A stretch of DNA of 64,000 nt from Acidobacteriota bacterium (lineage in GTDB: Bacteria; Acidobacteriota; Thermoanaerobaculia; UBA5066; Gp7-AA6), in assembly GCA_050257975.1 (NCBI GenBank), contig JBLMXY010000058.1, forward strand, positions 10,274-74,273, written 5' to 3'. Below the pieces are notes generated by a model. It was not told the DNA's origin. It worked only from the letters and a program-made list of their open reading frames with translations, and did not search any database. A program made the position numbers and the translations under genes. Shown here piece after piece: positions 63,332 through 64,000 of the stretch (the first letter of the stretch is position 1; each line of letters opens with the position of its first letter).

Positions 63332-63576
63332 CGTCGTTCGCGGCGCGACGAAGCTTCGCGAAGTAACCGAGCGAAACGACTCGCGCCGCGGGAGCCGGAG
63401 CGCGGCGAGAAGATCAGGGCCGCGGCCGAGTCCGCATCCGGACGAGCCGCGGCCCGGCGCCCGAAGGGCGGATCTTCGAGCGAACGAAGGCGACGGTAGA
63501 CTTCTCCCATCCCCCCGGCGCCGAGCGGCGCCAGGAGCTCGTAGGGACGGGGCCGGCTCCCGGCGGCTGATGTCAT
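63328..63576 (-). other. upstream ORF with relic kinase N-terminus preceding STK2; stop overlaps the STK2 start (ATGA)
   Basis: Track ORF 63328..63576: [28 protein letters not shown]|RLRSLEDPPFGRR... Same architecture as 57398..57646. Confidence 0.6.
63332..63497 (-). ncRNA. conserved hairpin-rich non-coding element, copy B
   Basis: 161 of 166 positions identical to copy A, at the same position relative to the kinase start and exactly 5930 nt away. Confidence 0.55.
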
Positions 63577-63716
63577 GGAAGTTGCTCAATTCTATGGGCA
63601 AAGGGGAAGCGAACCACGACAGCTGTTTCTCCCCGAAGGGACCGCGATTCCCGGCCGGAGCGCTGCCGAGAGCTAAACTCCTATTCAGGTCTGGTCTCTC
63701 AGACTACAATAGTCAT

Positions 63717-64000
63717 CATGAAACGCGCTTCGATCTCGGAGCTGAAGGCATCGCTCTCCGCCTATCTCTCGGTCGTCAAGAAGGGAGACGAGGTCCTGGT
63801 CACGGATCGTGGAAGGCCCGTCGCGCGCCTGGTCCCCGCTGCGGACTCGGAGACCGCGAGCGACCGCGTGCGCCGGCTCGCCCGTGAGGGGATCGTCCGC
63901 CCCGCCTCCGGGAGGCTCCCCCGGATCCTTCTCGAGCCGTCCCCAGCGGAGGACTCGGAAGGCAGGGTCCTGGCGAGTCTGCTCGAAGAAAGGCGCGCCG
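63717..64000 (+). CDS. Phd/YefM-family type II antitoxin (runs to or past the window end)
   Basis: Not in the track (edge). Manual translation from ATG 63717: MKRASISELKASLSAYLSVVKKGDEVLVTDRGRPVARLVPAADSE..., the canonical Phd/YefM N-terminus. The frame is still open at 64000. Confidence 0.7.

Overview
GC-rich, densely coding chromosomal segment from a Gram-negative bacterium. I support about 50 protein genes and found no rRNA, tRNA, CRISPR array or IS/transposase. The gene content (CarboxypepD_reg-type TonB-dependent receptor, GWxTD protein, Ser/Thr kinases fused to TolB-like propellers, sigma-54 type regulator) is reminiscent of Acidobacteriota-like lineages; that is an impression, not a result. 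Order, left to right: lptD (partial, missing from the ORF track) | thiolase-scoA-scoB | ruvX-mltG | kinase-like::TonB-C fusion | envelope operon GWxTD / DsbA-like / phosphodiesterase-TPR / DsbA-like | TonB-dependent receptor | acyl-CoA carboxylase operon interrupted by a retropepsin-like protein | tldD + pmbA-like | selA | NtrC-type regulator | type IV pilus minor-pilin operon fimT-pilV-pilW-pilX-giant pilY1 plus a secreted protein | HEAT-repeat::PilT fusion + canonical pilT | PAS histidine kinase | CapA-like, M28 peptidase, thioesterase | Dlt-like cassette (ICL/PEPM-family enzyme, adenylating enzyme, carrier protein, MBOAT-like membrane protein) | two paralogous Ser/Thr kinase-propeller genes flanking an ABC-2 exporter operon | Phd/YefM antitoxin (partial, missing from the track). 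Many long ORFs in the track are high-GC artefacts (antisense or out-of-frame, Arg/Gly/Pro-rich). Many real genes needed their starts trimmed, and stop/start overlaps (ATGA, GTGA, TAATG) are pervasive. Most interesting signals: (1) a ~166-nt non-coding, hairpin-rich element in three same-strand copies heading the two kinase genes and the ABC operon. Two copies are about 97% identical although the flanking coding DNA is much more diverged, and the third copy shows compensatory helix changes. (2) Each kinase gene is preceded by a relic second kinase N-terminus (uORF) that reads into this element and stops in an ATGA overlapping the real start. (3) A Dlt-like ligase/carrier/MBOAT cassette whose MBOAT-like protein lacks the canonical histidine. 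(4) A 1888-aa PilY1 with a ~314-aa Thr/Pro tandem-repeat insert, next to a PilT ATPase carrying a ~475-aa HEAT-repeat N-terminus. (5) Families of tandem heptanucleotide repeats sitting exactly at gene ends. All alignments and identities were done by eye, so all family calls need confirmation by HMM/BLAST.
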